From: Chrysomallon squamiferum
Taxonomy: Eukaryota > Animalia > Mollusca
Reading direction: 5' to 3'
Assembly (NCBI GenBank): GCA_012295275.1
Contig: CM022673.1
Coordinates: 14,198,001 to 14,262,000 of the forward strand
DNA length: 64,000 nt
In this document: one piece after another, positions 51,144 to 64,000 of the stretch
Layout of the letters: every line of letters begins with the position of its first letter
Position numbering within the stretch: position 1 is the stretch's first letter
Position numbers and translations under genes: made by a program
The notes under the pieces: model-generated
Told to the model about the DNA's origin: nothing
The model's input: the letters and a program-made list of their open reading frames with translations, nothing else
Databases searched by the model: none

Positions 51144-51303
51144 AGAGTTTTCGTGTTTTTGCTGCTGTGTCACCTGTTTGAACTCTGATTGAAAACACAG
51201 CTGACAAAACACTGACAGACAGCAAGTCGTGGGTTTCTCATCTCACAGCAGCAGATAATTCTTCAACACGGCACAGTCTCCAGGAAACGGGGGAAGAAGA
51301 AAA

Positions 51304-63647
<12,344 letters not shown>

Positions 63648-63657
<10 letters not shown>

Positions 63658-64000
63658 GTATGTTTACTTTTTATCTTTTCTTTAATGATACAATATTTTA
63701 TCATTGTTTTAATAATAGGTGTATGTGTTTTTTTATTAAAAACTGTAATAATACAGTGCATAGGTACGTTTTCTTTTTATCTTTTCTTTAATGATACAGT
63801 ATTTTATCATTGTTTTAATAATAGGTTATGTGTTTTTTTATTTAAAAAAATGTAATAATACAATGCATAGGTACATTTACTTTTTATCTTTTTTTTTAAT
63901 AATACAGTGTTTTATCATTGTTTTAATAATATACTGCATAGATATATGTGTTTTTTATAAAAAAAAATTAATAAAACAGTGCATAGGTATGTTAGTTCTT
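63648..64000. repeat. ~106-bp tandem array of the RAPGEF4 exon end plus donor
   Basis: cagtgcatag|gtatgt variants at 63648, 63754, 63861, 63977. Confidence 0.9.

Overview
AT-rich, CpG-poor, intron-rich animal genomic DNA; the protein sequences look lophotrochozoan/molluscan (inference). I assembled four genes by hand from GT-AG junctions and reading-frame phase. (1) Kinesin-1 heavy chain (+, 242..17186, first coding exon upstream of the window, long 3' UTR to ~20.5 kb). (2) Mediator subunit MED24 (-, 33996..20868), convergent with KHC. (3) A 9-finger C2H2 zinc-finger gene (+, 34928..42400), head-to-head with MED24 across a ~190-bp NRF1/YY1-type bidirectional promoter. (4) The 5' part of Epac2/RAPGEF4 (+, ATG 51304, running off the window). 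The most striking unexplained pattern is that at least a dozen exon edges, spread over all four genes, are repeated in tandem into the neighbouring intron. These arrays of duplicated splice sites ('junction echoes') include intact decoy donors/acceptors and AG|GT ratchet-like sites. Also seen: an intron-split KHC stop codon, splice-toggled uORF/N-terminus choices at both sides of the bidirectional promoter, a GAG acceptor, a 1-nt frame discrepancy in MED24, a ~680-bp foldback MITE and a two-copy 87-bp mini-MITE. No rRNA, tRNA or CRISPR features were recognised. All coordinates were read by eye and may be off by a few bases for repeats.
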